DNA of 64,000 nt from Lepidodermella squamata. Lineage: Eukaryota > Animalia > Gastrotricha. Position 1 is the first letter of the stretch; every line of letters starts with the position of its first letter. This document shows positions 50,020 to 62,262 of the stretch, one piece after another. The notes beneath the pieces were generated by a model. The model worked only from the letters and a program-made list of their open reading frames with translations. It did no database searches and was not told where the DNA came from. The position numbers and the translations under genes were made by a program. The stretch is taken from NCBI GenBank assembly GCA_047495785.1, contig JBLDXI010000017.1:2914001-2978000 (forward strand), in the 5' to 3' direction.

Positions 50020-53000
50020 ATGATTGAATGTCCATCTGCTATTGAATTTTTCCCATGGGGACGTGCCAAAGCAGATTCATTGTCAACCGATTTTCCCCAC
50101 AGTCGGTGCGAGCGATTGACTGGCTGTCACATCAACGAAGATAGCCGCCTTAAAGTCGAAAAACAGTTTCGTGATATTAGCATTTCTCAGAAGGTAAATA
50201 TATTCATGTCATAAATTTGCAGACCTAATAAAATGAATTTCTTGAGCTTAGTCTGAACTATGGCGCAGAAAATTGTACGAGAATGTAATCTATGAAGCCT
50301 ACGCTCGTCAGAGCAAGCTGTTTGTCTGCTTCACATCTGTAACTGATGTTCGTGTTGAAGTCCGGGACGTCGGCACTTATAAGTGCGCGTTCCATGTGGA
50401 TTACACCATCAAAGATGTAAGAACGATCTCAGTATAATCTGTCATCTAATATCAAGTCTTAATCGATTTTCAGATTTTCTTCTGCACGTTTCAATCGGGA
50501 ATTACCATGAGAAGCGAAGATGAGACAGAGGCCAAACCCAAGTGCGAAATTTACGTCGGCTGCTTTGATGGTCACGATGTTGTTGATATTTATGGAATTC
50601 ACTCCCAGCAACACTATGGAATAAAGTTTCCATTCCAGGTGAGCTTTTGTTGTTATAAGTCATCATGGAAGTAATGATAAATATTGCCAGGTGCTTCACA
50701 TCAGCCCATTCAGTAACGGTTTACTGATTTCTCGAGGTTTGCGCCCGTCTGAAATGCCGCTGTCAAAAGATGCAACTCAGAAGAGAAAGCAGCAGCAGCA
50801 GGGTCAAAACTCGTTTTACAGATCGCCAACTGTCTTCGCGTTGGTTCATCCATTGGACGAAGTATCTCCTGTTGTCGCTAAAACACCGCTGAATAAATTG
50901 CAATCTCAGTGCGTTCAAATATCCAACAGGACATCAGTGATGCATGATATCACCGCTCTTGCTAACGACAATCAGTGGCGAGCTACTTTCTGGAATTCTG
51001 CCAATCAGCGAGTTATCCATGTTGATGAGGAGTTCGATCTCGTATTTGTTGGGAATGCCAAAACAGGAGTTCATTGTGCCTGGCGCTTGAACCAAGCTGC
51101 CCGAGAAGTAAATATCGTGTTTATTTATTGATACCTGAATTACTGTGAACCATATTTAGGATATCGACGCTGTTCTTACAGAGAGTGGAAAACCGGTTGA
51201 AACCGCATATTTGACAATCGCTTGCAGTCCAGCAATTGGCCATGTGACCGCGAATAGCAGTCGGTTGTCTCAGTATTCCATTCGCGATATTTCGCAGCTT
51301 GGAATAAGTAAATTGGCGGCTGGAGATGCACGGCAGTCGCCGTCATTGGGCAGGACCTTCAACCAACCTAACGGCTCATCTTCGGCAGCTGGAACTACTT
51401 TTCTGTCAAACTATGGATTGGGGAACTCGACTGTCAATATCAGCACGACACCCTCAATGTCGATATCGACAAACTCAGCGAATTTTGGCGCTAATTTTGG
51501 TGGCTTGGCGACTTCCTCGCCACGGAACGCTGCTGAACAAATAGCAAGGCGCAGATCAACGGTGGGTTCTCAACTGCAAGTCTCTGGCATTGGCAGTCCC
51601 GCTTTTTCGGTGAATGCCAGACTTGGAATCGCGGGTAATCAATCACCGGGAGTTCAAACCAGAGGAGCGGCCCGGACACCCGTGAGACCCCCTCCCACTG
51701 GGGCGTCACCAAATACTAGTAGACCTCAAATAATCCCACAAGCCCCTGATTTTGGTTTACTACGTGGATTTTACCAACCAATGGATGCCGATGCTGCCGA
51801 ACCTGTTTTGCCTACTCATGTTCTGGAACAAGTTTGGGTTGAACCCATAGCCGGTTTGCGGGAACCCCCGGGTTTGATGCCACCTCCCTCGGCGCCATCC
51901 AACACGGCGATGAAAGCGTTTGTCGCCAGGGATTTGAGAAAATCTACTTACCTGTGTTACCTGTTGAAATCTAAAATGCAACTGCGATGTGTTGAATTCA
52001 CTCGAACTGATTCATCGCTGGTGTTCCATTCGCATGTCTCAGTGATTCCAGCCTTGGATGCCATTCCGATCCGTCCGATCAATATGACTCTGATAATCGA
52101 TCCATTATACAATTTGGAGTTGTTGTCTGGTTCGATCCGAGTCTGCAAGGTTTTGCTGAATACCAGTATTCATTTGATTCAAACACCGATATCGATGGCA
52201 CCTGTTGCCGGGGCGTCGTCGATGTGCCTAATGCCGAAAACACCACTGTCATGCGGGGCTCTTCTCAGCACGGCGATGAGGCCTAAACCCGGCGGGAATT
52301 TGACAGCAACCGCCTTGAAACCGAACCATCCACATCACAATTTGCTTCTCGATGCCTCTTTCGGCGAGGCGACGATGCTTTCCCCTGTTCCGACTGATAC
52401 CAGTTTGACGACTCAACATCTTGCATCGATGATGACCCCGGTAGCTGGCGGTGGCTTGCGGCGCCCGATGCATATGATGGTAGGGTTGAGCACGGGCGGT
52501 AGTGTCCAGTCCGGCATGTCAGCCATTCATCACAGGCAGCAACCAACAGCCGACTCGCCGATCATTTGCACCCGGTTTGTTGCTTATGTCAGCGACTTGA
52601 TAGTATTGGAATTATCGAACACGGTTCACATTCAAACTGTGGTACCGCCGTTGTCGCGAACCCGTTTGGTCGGTTCGTGCATCCGTTGCCTGCAATCGTC
52701 CCTCTCACCGAATTCTTTCGCTTCCTTCGTCGGAAATTGGTACACGCGGACTAATGCACCCGGGCGTGTTTCGTCTCGCCGTGAATGGGCGACATTTTGC
52801 GGCCAACTGCTCCAGTTTTGCGGTATCCACGTCGATGACCCGCAGTATTTATTCGGAAGTGAAGATTTGATTGTCCTCGATGATTCGACCATCGACAGTG
52901 GCGGCGGGTCGTACAGCACTACCTCGGTCGCTTTGAATGACGAACCGATGACTGAGGCGAAAAGGTGGCGATCCAGTGCGGAACCGGCTGATTCAGACTG

Positions 53001-56000
53001 GAGTGGATTGTTGGCAATCACTGGCGGTGGCCCTCATTCGAAAACGCCTCATGGCCGGTCTCCGATAATTGTAACATTCCAAGACGCTAACAGCGATCTG
53101 ATTTGCGACATGATTAGCGGCCTGCATGGTTTAGCTCAAGAAATCATTATTGGCCACACGTTTTCAGCTGACTCAGTTTGCGTCGCGAAATTCATCCTAT
53201 TTCTCTGCCGGGTTTTAGCGTCAGTCAACCCCGATCAACAAAAAATCTCAATTTCGAGCATTTATCGCTTTTATCATTCGTTTTTGCTGTCGACTAACAG
53301 CCGGGCTCTTGCTGTTTTCGATCACATGGAGTTCGGCCAAAATCAACTGGGCCCGCTGACAAAGACTGTTGGTTCAGATCTGCTACTGCCATACATGTTG
53401 CCGCTCGATTTCGGCCATGAAAGTGGTGTCAATTCCATCGCGTTTTTCCTCGATCGTGTTTTGAAAGCAATTCACTCGTCCCTGCCCGGCAATGCGTCGA
53501 TGATAAATGAGAACGCTATTGCCCTGGTGCAAGCTGGAGCTAAACTTGCCGATATTTTAAGGTGGCGACCCCTTGTTGCTTTTGCCTTGAGTGAAATTGT
53601 CGGATCGATGGCATTGTCTAAGAAGCCTCGTTTCGACCTGGATCCTGCGTTTTATCGCGCGATTGGTCGGGAAGATATGTATCGAAATCTTCAACCGAAG
53701 GCTGCGTCTCAATTCACCGATAGCTCGAACAGCTCCGTTGCCCTATTTATAGGTCCCTTAGCGAACGAGTACCGTATTTTCCCTCAAACTGCGAAAAACG
53801 AACCGGGCGTTGGCATGACTATTTCAGTTGAAGATCTCGCCACCCCGCCGCCGGGCTATATCGAAGACGGCATGGAGAAGATGACGTGGAGCTTGCTCGA
53901 CGCAATTTTCCCAGACGACAGCATTCCGCTGGAAATTCGCCGCCTGCTACAATCAGCCAGGCCTGTTCACGTTTCGGTAAAACGAGCCTCTCATCTCACT
54001 GATCAAGATTACAACGTCGAGTGCGAGCGAACTTTGTACCAAATTTGCACCAGGGTAGTGACGTTACCATTCGGCCGGGGCGCCTTCACCCTTGGTACGT
54101 ACCGCCCGAGCACCAGCCAGCCAATCACGCCGCCTAGGCTATGCTTATCTGGCATAATTCCATCGACAGGTATCAATGTTGAGTTGTCCCACATTCCCGA
54201 AAAACTGCACCCGTCTGATTTGGCGTGGGCGCATTTTCACAACGGAGCCGCCGCTGGTCTGAGCGCTGCGTGTGAAGCTCAACTATTCGATTCAACCTGG
54301 ATTCAGTATTCGCTATCGATGCTTAACAGCGTCGGTATTTTGGGCGAAGCCGCTGCGACTGGTTCAAATAACCAACAGGGCTCATCCGCAAATAACACCG
54401 GAACCCCTGAACGCCTCCACGAACAGGCTGGTTTGCTGCTCGGCCTGGGTATCGGTGGCCATTTGAATAATGTGAATCGTTATCATTTGACCATGTGGTT
54501 ACATACCGGCCATCGGCAGACTTCGATCGGCTTGTTACTCGGCCTTTGCGCTGGAAAAATTGGCAGCCGTGATCCGAACTTATTCCCCTGTCTAGCCGTT
54601 CACTTACCGGTTCTTCAACCGCCGGCTGCTTTGGAGTTGGAAGTTGACCAGCTCGTTCAAACCGCGTGTCTCCTCTCGCTTGGTTTGTTGTATGCCGACT
54701 CTGGCAATCATTACATCGCTGCTAGATTGGCCGGCGAAGTTGGCCGCCGCCCTGTTTTACCGGGCGACCCAGTTCCGGTTTGCCAGGAGGGCTACGTGTT
54801 ATCAGCTGCTTTCGGTCTTGGCTTAGTTATGTTGCAGCGCGGACCCACTGACCACCCGCCGGATAGCGTCTTAGCCTCAGACCTTCACCAGCTTTTGATC
54901 GGAGGTCGTCGATCACCCCATCACATCGCACTGATTCGCAACGCAGTCACCCCGCCTCAGCCTGACCCGGTGCCTCAGTCGCATGTAGCTACGGTTGCGC
55001 ACCACACTGGAATCGCGCCATTGCACACGCTGGAGACGGAAAATTTCAACATCCACGTCACATCTGCCCCGGCGGCTGTTGCTTTAGGCCTGATGTACTT
55101 CGATTCAAACGACCCGGTAGTCGGTAAATGGCTGGCCGCCCCGCCGACCGAAGCAGGTCTCCGCATGATCCCACCCGATATCTTGCTAATCCGAACTGTC
55201 TGCTGCTGTTTGGTAAACTGGTCGAAAGTTAGGCCGGATGACACCCTGATGGAGACGTTTGTGCCGAAATACATCCGCGCCCATGCCTTCAACGGCGCCC
55301 TTCTGCGAATCGGTTTGATCGATGTCGAAACAATCAGCGCGAGCTACTGCGCTATAATTTCCGGCCTCTGCTTCGCCATTGGCTTACGATTTGCCGGCAG
55401 TGGCCTGTCAGCTGTTTCGAACTTTCTACTCCGCTGGACTGATTTCTTCCTAGAGGCGCTCAATAACCCGACCCACCTTAAATTAGTCGGAAGGTGCTGC
55501 TTGGAGCGAGGCATTGCAACCACGGTCCTGTCAGCTGCCATGGTCATGTCAGGCCGGGGTGACCAACGAACGCTGTCCTATTGCCGATATTTACTGGCGC
55601 GTTGCGAGAAAATTCGAACTGCTCATAACGCGCTATTCGCCCCGTTGCCTTCGATTGTACTGTCTTACGGGACTAACGTGGCGGCTAGTATTGCGGTTGG
55701 CCTTCTTGGCCTCGGTGGCTGTTCTATGGCGCTTCGTTCCTCGCGGCCGATTGACGTTGCGATTTTATTCCTGTCCCTCTACCCGGTAATGCCGGTCGCG
55801 CCGTCGGATAACCGGTATCATCTACAGGCCTTCCGCCATCTCTACGCCCTAGCTGCGGAGCAATGCGTTTTGGCGCCGGAATTCCCGATATCGTCGGTTG
55901 TTGGCAACAACGAATCGGGCAATCGCCAGAAACAGCAAATTATCGTCGAAGTTTCGCCGTCATCGACCGCGTTCGAAGCTGGCGGTGTTACGCTGAAACG

Positions 56001-56902
56001 CCGGTTAACCGCACCCTGCCAGTTGCCATCTCTCGAATCGCTGTCCCGCGTCGAAATTCTCGTTCGCGACGACAGTGATCTGGATGGTGATGGCGGCGCT
56101 TCGAAATCGATTGCGCCCTCACAGCCGCTAACACTGCTCATGTCTATCGAAAAGACCGATTCGGCTGCATGGGCGGCATTGCGACGAGCCATTTGCGAAA
56201 GGTAAGCATTTAAAATTTCTCTCACATCCAACTTAATTTTTTTCGATTATTCAGCCGAGGCGTTTTTCTGGTTCAAACTCCGCCGGATATGTCTGAGGTG
56301 GCGAATATCGAACAGCTGGCCGAAGCTCTGCCTTACGGAGCAGCGATTGCTAGAATTATTCGCCGACTTTGCTGTCGCCGCCATCGCAAACGAGTGGGAC
56401 GTATGAATGAAGAATCTCGAGATGATGAACACCTTTACGTTCGGATGCAGCTACCAATCGTCAAAAAATTGATTGCGGTATACATTAAACCTCCTTAAAA
56501 AAATTTATATTAAATTTCAAATTTTTTAAGGCGGTTATCGAACTTCGGCGGTTTAGCTCTCTGCCATGCGAGCAGCGCCGTGTTGGCCAGCCGTTATCGC
56601 CTCATACCATTACGACCCTGGTCGACCTTGCTCAGATCTCCAGATTAACCGCTGCCCCGGATACGCCTGGCCTATTGCTGACTGCCCTCAGCACCGTTTC
56701 GACCCGCTTCGGCGACGTCATTCGCCTGTTGGCCGCCGATGTCGAACAATGCGTCATGTCAGTTTTAGCCGCGGAAGAGGACGCGTGTCACGGTGTCGAA
56801 GAGCTAGTAAAATCTGTGAAAATGCCGCCGAACGTGGCCGAGCCGCTGCAGTCTTTCTGCCTGCTCGCCAGCAGTTGGCTCGATCAAGCTGTTCGCGGTT
56901 GA
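50020..56902 (+). CDS. ANAPC1: Anaphase-promoting complex subunit 1
   Basis: N-terminal MIECPSAIEFFPWGR, FALVHPLDEVSPVV, RRLLQSARPV, LPFGRGAFTL, WAHFHNGAAAGL, PC repeats (AGLLLGLG, IGLRFAGS) and DNRYHLQAFRHLYALAA. One exon of about 5 kb (51161-56201). Confidence 0.95.
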
Positions 56903-57407
56903 TTAAAAAATTAGTGTCATCTCAGCAATCTTCTCAACGTTTTACTCTGGTGTAACGCTAATTTTGGCTTTCAATTTGACACGTCTTTGAAAACCATCTT
57001 ATTTCTGCTCTTTTTGCAGGTGATTTTGAATTGAAATTCGAATAAATAAAAATGAAGAAATAATAAGTGAGGCTGCCTTGGTTTGTCTGATATCAGTCAT
57101 TTTGTGTGTGACAATTCTCAGTATAGTCCTTCAAGACTATTGATCACGTCTAATTGTTGACGTCATTTTCTGTTCCTCGTGTAAAATCATCCAGGTCGAA
57201 AATTGGCTGCTTTGTTTACATAGGCCAAAGCGGAACTGGTGGTGCTTATTCACCGGGATAATATCGGTAATTGGCTGAGCTCGTCGCGGGGCGAGGAGAA
57301 AGACGTCATTTTCAAAGCGTAACGAGTGCACGTTGTTTTTCGCAGAGTTTATATATTGCTGGCAGATCAGCGTGCCAAGGCACATTCTTACCTTTTGCAA
57401 ACTAAAA

Positions 57408-58472
57408 ATGAAAGCCATTTTAGTTCTCGTTTTGGCTGTTTCAGTAGTCGAAGCCCAGTGGAACTGGCCGTGGAATAGGAAGACTACAACAACTACGACC
57501 AGGCAACCTACCACGCGATTTGTCCCAATTTTTTCCACTATGCAGGCCGGATCTGCTAAGACCACGCCTGGTAGCAAGGACCTTTCATGCGGTTCCAGTG
57601 CTATTTTAGAGCGTGAAGGTTCGTCATCTATCGTCCCTCAGGGAATCGTTGGCGGAACAGATGCTCGCGCCAATGAATTTCCGTACCAGGTGAAAATCAA
57701 CTACAACAGAAATTTCATTTGCGGCGGTTCTATCATTTCTGAGCGTCACATTCTCACCGCGGCGCACTGCATAATGTCGGGGGCTACCGCGTCGAGCTAT
57801 CAAATCGTGACTGGGGATCATAACCGAAATACGGCCGATGCTGGCGAACAAACGTATCAGATTTCTAAGGTTATCGTCCATCCGATGAACTCGCAGAAAA
57901 CCAACGTTTACGACGTTGCTATTTTGGTTACGTCTCAACCGATGAGTTTAGGCCAAGCATATGCCAGGAAAGTTTGCCTGCCCGAGCAAAGCCGTAACAC
58001 CCTGGATGAATCACTTATTGGTAAATCTGCCATCATTACGGGCTGGGGGAAGTTGAAGGAAAGCGGCCAGACGGCAACGATTTTGCAAAAGGCAGCTGTG
58101 CCCATTTTGTCTCAGACTGACTGCCAGCGCAGCTATGGAACGGCGATAACTGACGACATGTTCTGCGGTGGTTACCAAGCTGGTGGCATTGATTCTTGCC
58201 AGGGAGATAGCGGTGGTCCTCTTGTCGTTGTCCAGAACAATCGATTCGTTCTGCATGGAGTTACTTCATGGTAACATTTTCAATACTTGAACTGGAATAA
58301 CATTAATTTCCGGTCATTTCTCAGGGGATACGGCTGTGCTCAGCGAAACTATCCTGGGTAAGCGTTTAATTTCTTGTTAATTTGCGAGATTATTAATATT
58401 TTTATTTTCAGGGTTTACTCTCGCGTTTCACATTCGTTGGACTGGATCAAGAAGACAATGAGCGAAAACTAA
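57408..58472 (+). CDS. Secreted trypsin-like (S1A) serine protease, 3 exons
   Basis: Signal peptide, Thr-rich propeptide, [38 protein letters not shown]|GYGCA..YPG|VYSRV..WI. Confidence 0.95.
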
Positions 58473-59382
58473 TTCAAGGGAAACAATTGCGCGGGAACAT
58501 TTTTTCGAACTTTTCATTCCTATTCTTTTTTATTCCGGTGCAAACAGCAGATTCCCTCTCATGCTTTTCATCTATTAAGTGTCAATAAAAATTTCAATAT
58601 TTATAGTGTATAGGAGATTAGGTACCAATGGATGAGCTAACAGTATTTGTTTTAATATACTATGCTGATAAAGTACGGAAATCGAAATCGCCAGAAATAT
58701 GCAGAGAGAGGATTCTGCGAAAGATAAACACACGAAGGCCACAGAAGAAGCTGATATCAATGGCTGAGATTTGTCTGGACAAGCAGCACTTGGTCATTAT
58801 TATTTTTCTTGTAAATAGCATTATTTTTGTATTCGCCTTACCTAGCAGTAGCTAGCCTGAATGTCAAGAACTCTTGTAGCCTGGCTTTTCGTCCAACACT
58901 TAGTTTGAGATCGGTTTATACAGAGCTAATCGCAATACGGTTCTGAGTGGTTCTCGATTAAGCCATTTGCGGGCTTTATATAAATTATATTACAGGTACA
59001 CTCTTGACCAACTGTTTGCTTTACCGTCGTACGGAAGTCAGACAGTCGTGTGTGTATAAACGAAAAAAGTTGTGGCGGGGTATAATGGCCGGCCAAAACA
59101 CAGGTACACACGGGGGCGTGCGGCCCAAGACGAAAGTTGAGCCGTTACGCGACACGCTTCGTCAGAGATTTACAATCGAATGTCAAAACTATCTTTATAT
59201 CATTGGTTGATGCGTAGGAAGCCCATCGCAGTGACAAGTTGTGTTGTTACATATAGCATCGCACCCCGCTGAAGCTGCTGGCTGCTTATTTCTCTCGATT
59301 ATATTAACACTCAAAGTGCCACTTGATTATTCAATAACCTACTTTTCCTCCATATTAATAGGAAGTTTCTCATCATCAGCTG

Positions 59383-61977
59383 ATGTTAGCGCCTGCCTTG
59401 GTGCAAGCTGCACTGATTGTGGTTACGGTCTCTGCTGGAAAGCCGGAACACAGACCGGTTATCCACTACTTCAGGGAGACAGATTTTAACAGCTATCATG
59501 TGGGAAATAATAGGCAGCTTGCGGAGAGCAAGGACTACTGGTATCCACCTTATTCGACTCGTTTCTCGATAAGCAATGTCAACCCGACTAAGGAAGTGCC
59601 ACGGTGGCAGATGATCCAACAAGCAGAACAAGCCGAGCGAGGGGAAATGCCTGCAGCAGTACCACAGCGTCCAGTAGGACCTTTCCGATGGGATGCGAAC
59701 CAGTGGCAACCGAGCACTCGCTTTTCGATCAACCAATGGAAGCCTCCTACTACCGAGCAGCCGCGCCGTCCGGCCTATCCTGCTGCAGTTGAAACGAACC
59801 AACTCTACGAAAACTGGAACAAATTCCCGAGTCAAAATGAGGATAATGACTGGCAACCAGTTGCTGCTACCAAAAAACCGATATCTTATTCGACCAGGTT
59901 TAACCCAGTCATTGCAGTAAGGCCTCAACAGCAGCCGCAGCCGCAGCCGCAGCCGCAGCCGCAGCCGCAACAACCTCAGCAGTGGCCAACTGATGAGTCC
60001 ACTGACATTTGGTACCGCAAAGAAGATGCTGGAACTAATTACAAGCCCGCTATAGAGTTCGGTCAAAGGCCTAACCTGATGATCGAACCTCCTCCCACAC
60101 CACCGCAGCCACGGGAACCTCAAACACAGGGCTACTACTATCGCCCAGCGGTTGAATTCGTGCAGACACCCAACGAAGGTGAGACTAAGCCGATATTTAA
60201 GCCAACGTACAAACCCACTCCCGCCGTCGAAGCGCCAACCTACTGGCAGAAACAGACTACTACGTCATATCCGAAGTTCGAACAAGCCAATGTTGGTTAT
60301 CAGCCAGCTATTGAATCTGGTTATAAACCAGCGGAACCGATCGGGTACCAACCTGCGATTGAAGACCCGTATTACCGACCCAGCAGTAGTGAAGAGGTTC
60401 CGGAAAGTAAGCCAGCTTATGTCACACCCTACCCCCAGATTCAACAGTGGACATTCAGCACCAGATTTTCGTTTCCTGGTAACTTGATGATGAGACCGCA
60501 AAATCAGCACTCATCCAACAGTCACTCCAGGTTGATTGTGCCGATGCAGTATATTAATGTTTATCGAGGGACACCAGCGACCCGTAAGCCTTATAGCAAT
60601 CCAGTTACTCCCAACTACCGGCGCCCTGATACTTCAAGCATCGCAGCAGTTGATACGACAACCCCTGATAATGACTTATCGATCGAGCAAAACACGTCAA
60701 GCCTTGTAACTGGTGGCGATAAGTGGGATAAGGATGTCACGTTTCCACCACTCCCCGCTTGGCCACCAGGCGCTGCGATTTCAAGTAAACCAACCCCGTT
60801 ACCGGTCGGTTACACTCTGACTATAAACCAGCAGCAAACGACTTCCACCCCAGCGCCTGTTACTACAACTAAGGCTACAGAGCAGCAATCTTCGAAGCCT
60901 GTATTTGTTACATTCACACCCGGAGTGCCGAAAACTACAACAGCTATAGCTTCGAAACCTTCAACATCCTTGGACTTTGATTGCGGCAGGAATATTTATT
61001 TGGAAAAGCCTGGCTCTGCGGCTAACATGAGCACCCAGGACATAGTCGGCGGCACTGATGCGGCGCCGAACGAGTTCCCGTGGCAGGTTCGGCTCAACTA
61101 TCGGGGCGGCTTTGTCTGCGGCGCTGCGATCATTTCGAAGCACCATATTCTAACGGCGGCGCATTGTATCATTTCGAATTCTACTTCGAACTACCAAGTT
61201 GTCCTGGGTGATCACAGCCGAAGCGAGCCTGACGAAGGTGAGATCACGATGGGTGTTCGCAAAATCGTGCCTCATCCAGAATATTCCGATGTCACAAATC
61301 AATTCGATCTTGCTATCATGGAAACGTCAAGTAAAGAAATTTCTCATTGATTTTTAGTCAAATTTTTTAAATTCTGTTATATTTAGGTGAGATTGTTTTC
61401 GACAAAAAAGCTATCCGTCCGGTTTGCTTGCCGGACGGGCAAATGATGCCAACTAAACTGGACTACTTTGCCGGTCAATCCGCCATAGTTACAGGATGGG
61501 GCAAATTGTCAGAAGGTGGCGGTACGGCGAAAATTTTGCAAAAAGCCACCGTGCCTCTTCTCAAGCAAGATGACTGCATTAGCAGCTATCGAAACAAATT
61601 CACAGACGTAATTAACTAGTATTAGGACTGCTGCAGTTGATTATTTCTCATTTATTATCAGGACATGATGTGCGCGGGCAGTAAAGGTAAAACTGATACG
61701 TGCCAAGGAGATAGTGGCGGTCCTCTCGTTGTTTTGGCACCAAGCGGTAGGTACTACATCCAAGGCGTCACTTCATGGTAAAATGAAACAATTATTTCAT
61801 TGTTGGTTCTGCATTTAATTCATTGTTTTAGGGGCTATGGATGCGCGAGGCCGAATTATCCGGGGTGAGGAACCTTGAATTCGAGTTTTTATCAAATTTT
61901 CTTTTCCCATTTAATAATATAGGGTTTACGCAAGAGTAGCTACAGCACTCGACTGGATCTTCAAGACAATCGCCTGA
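59383..61977 (+). CDS. Secreted trypsin-like serine protease with a repetitive Pro/Tyr/Gln/Thr-rich N-terminus of about 530 aa, 5 exons
   Basis: Signal peptide, long low-complexity region, [31 protein letters not shown]|[11 protein letters not shown]|VYARV..WI. The last two intron positions match those of the upstream protease, indicating a tandem paralogue. Confidence 0.93.
59928..59970 (+). repeat. (CAGCCG)n coding hexamer repeat (poly-QP)
   Basis: cagcagccgcagccgcagccgcagccgcagccgcagccgcaa. Confidence 0.9.
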
Positions 61978-62262
61978 AAAAGCGATCGATTATTTTATAC
62001 CTGGTTGATAGCTAATAGAACTAAATTTTACAGTGAATGGCGATGTCTTTGTTATCCTGGAAAAAATCTATCGCATTGGCGTGCGATTGGTTAAACGTAA
62101 AAAATAAAAAATCGAACCTTGAATGTGATCATGAGGTTGCTTATTGTTATTGTTTCAAGTGCGAACTATTTTTTTGTCAATTTCGAAACACGTGCGGTTT
62201 TCAAGTCGATCAATCAAATTGACAGCAACTGAGAATCAGTTGCGCTTTGGCTTTACAAAAAA

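Noticed and set aside
59386-60123. 245-aa minus-strand ORF with RL repeats
   Set aside because: Antisense to the protease N-terminus; the RL run mirrors the (CAGCCG)n repeat.
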